Source: Candidatus Omnitrophota bacterium
GTDB taxonomy: Bacteria; Omnitrophota; Gorgyraeia; 2-02-FULL-51-18
Length of the DNA: 64,000 bases
Assembly: GCA_945877765.1 (NCBI GenBank)
Contig: CAMDWQ010000001.1
Span: 22,253-86,252 of the forward strand
Direction of reading: 5' to 3'
A program made the position numbers and the translations under genes. Positions 63,471-64,000 of this stretch are shown here, one piece after another. Each line of letters opens with the position of its first letter. Position 1 is the first letter of the stretch. A model generated the notes under the pieces. That model saw nothing but the letters and a program-made list of their open reading frames with translations. It was not told the DNA's origin and did not search any database.

Positions 63471-64000
63471 TCAAGCTAAAGAGGGCAGCGCATTCAAAGC
63501 ATCGATCATTCCATGCAGACGGCTGTAGCTGGTTCGGTTAAAATAAAACACAAGCCGTTCTAGCGAGGGGTCCTGATTGTCGTCTTCGGCGATATCTTTC
63601 AAGCGTTCGATCCCCCCTTTGGCACAAATATCCTTAAACCCAGCGGCTATTTCTCGCAGTTCTATATCAGAAAGAGGCCTTTTTAAACGGATCAAATACT
63701 TATCCTTTAAAAATCTTGAGGAATCATAATTTTTATAAAAAACCACAAGATCGTTGACCGCGCTGGCGTTGTCTTGATAATGCCGCACTAGCATCAGGTC
63801 GTGGGGCGAAATCAATCCCTCATCCAAAAGATTTTTCTTTAAAAGCCGTAAGAGTGATTTCCAATAATCACTGCCCGGCGCATCCACCATGACAATAGGC
63901 CTAGGCTTGGCTTTTCCCGTTTGCACGAGCGTCATTGATTCAAACCCCTCATCAAACGTCCCAAATCCTCCCGGAAAAAGAACCGTCGCTTCCGATTCTT
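63471..64000 (-). CDS. LOG family protein (cytokinin riboside 5'-monophosphate phosphoribohydrolase-like), partial. The N-terminus lies beyond the window edge.
   Basis: The reading frame is open to position 64000. Translation of the last nucleotides gives ...PGGFGTFDEGFESMTLVQTGKAKPRPIVMV, the LOG-family PGGxGTxxE / LxQTxK motif. The ORF-track Met at 63935 is therefore internal. Confidence 0.7.
   Translation of the reverse strand, partial: ESEATVLFPGGFGTFDEGFESMTLVQTGKAKPRPIVMVDAPGSDYWKSLLRLLKKNLLDEGLISPHDLMLVRHYQDNASAVNDLVVFYKNYDSSRFLKDKYLIRLKRPLSDIELREIAAGFKDICAKGGIERLKDIAEDDNQDPSLERLVFYFNRTSYSRLHGMIDALNALPSLA

Overview
This 64-kb window comes from a bacterium of roughly 50% GC (judged by eye). 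It looks diderm (MlaFED, OmpA-like, L,D-transpeptidase, lipoproteins) and is probably from an uncultivated lineage. Coding density is high and almost every gene lies on the minus strand. The only plus-strand features are two tRNAs, one AT-rich orphan gene, and a 2.6-kb cassette bracketed by inverted copies of a dispersed hairpin repeat.

Recognisable genes include tandem ROK regulators, type III glutamine synthetase (glnN), xthA, a thrH-like HAD phosphatase, a response-regulator/HD-GYP pair, comM/yifB, yraN, spoVG, comEC, leuS, a GGDEF cyclase, tRNA-Ala(GGC), tRNA-Leu(CAA), a ZIP transporter, addAB, and a signalling block running accA through an anti-sigma kinase, a STAS antagonist, mlaEFD, a CHASE2-PP2C phosphatase, a REC-GGDEF(degenerate)-EAL protein and ComFB. 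The remaining housekeeping genes are an LD-transpeptidase, mnmE, folC, purH, pabBC, gpmA, a BI-1 family protein, an OmpA-LysM protein and a partial LOG-family gene.

The standout is a 10.3-kb ORF (24808-35076, minus strand) encoding a 3422-aa, signal-peptide- and membrane-anchored protein. It combines a TIKI/TraB-like N-terminal domain, about 20 near-identical 35-aa HEAT/PBS-lyase-like repeats (105-bp DNA tandem repeats), a PEP-utilizing-enzyme phosphohistidine swivel domain, and a PEP-synthase/rifampin-phosphotransferase-like ATP-grasp domain in permuted order. It sits in a tRNA-proximal, compositionally mosaic segment together with DUF2934, a DUF1016 PDDEXK nuclease and an AT-rich orphan. 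I know of no described protein with this architecture.

A dual-hairpin repeat family, three copies of about 75-130 nt, is also reported. Two inverted copies of it flank a hypothetical / small-secreted / DUF4143-ATPase cassette.
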